This document shows positions 63,968 to 64,000 of a stretch of DNA of 64,000 nt, piece after piece (the stretch's first letter is position 1; each line of letters opens with the position of its first letter). The notes beneath the pieces are model-generated. The model saw nothing but the letters and a program-made list of their open reading frames with translations. It was not told the origin of the DNA and did no database searches. A program made the translations under genes and the position numbers. Location of the stretch: NCBI RefSeq assembly GCF_030684315.1, contig NC_081378.1, positions 14,562,575 through 14,626,574 of the forward strand, in the 5' to 3' direction. Source of the DNA: Stegostoma tigrinum (lineage: Eukaryota).

Positions 63968-64000
63968 CTTTTGTGCTCCTGAGATGCTGCTTGGCCTGCT

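Larger units (their letters stand above)
63476..64000. mobile_element. Young Penelope family-1 inverted pLTR pair; runs off the window end
   Basis: 63504-63725 is the reverse complement of 63779-64000 with 3 mismatches found by eye; 53-nt spacer. Confidence 0.93.

Noticed and set aside
1-64000. Prokaryotic systems (CRISPR arrays, operons, defence islands)
   Set aside because: No regularly spaced repeats or dense ORFs; the window is a spliced vertebrate gene with retroelement-rich introns.

Overview
This is eukaryotic, not microbial, DNA: a 64-kb stretch of a cartilaginous-fish (shark-like) genome, inferred from HE1-type V-SINEs and the repeat families present. It lies inside the exocyst gene EXOC4 (Sec8) on the + strand. 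Five coding exons are present (3796-4180, 26238-26422, 34838-34956, 54412-54655, 61372-61549), all with canonical AG/GT sites and compatible phases; the first and later exons lie outside the window. The introns are packed with decayed retroelements: many CR1 LINEs, a second CR1-group LINE that seems to start with a tRNA-like head, Rex1/Babar, a Gypsy LTR fragment, tRNA-derived SINEs and many Penelope-like element (PLE) pieces. The most striking signal is a set of PLE terminal repeats from at least three families. They carry minimal hammerhead-ribozyme motifs (CTGANGA-stem-GAAAC-GTH) and recur as small self-complementary hairpin insertions, two with visible target-site duplications. Also notable: one exon appears to fuse human exons 2 and 3 (a missing intron), there are twin-priming-like inversions, and an inverted young CR1 pair brackets three exons. 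Almost all ORFs in the supplied track are transposon debris or noise. Repeat boundaries were placed by eye and are approximate.
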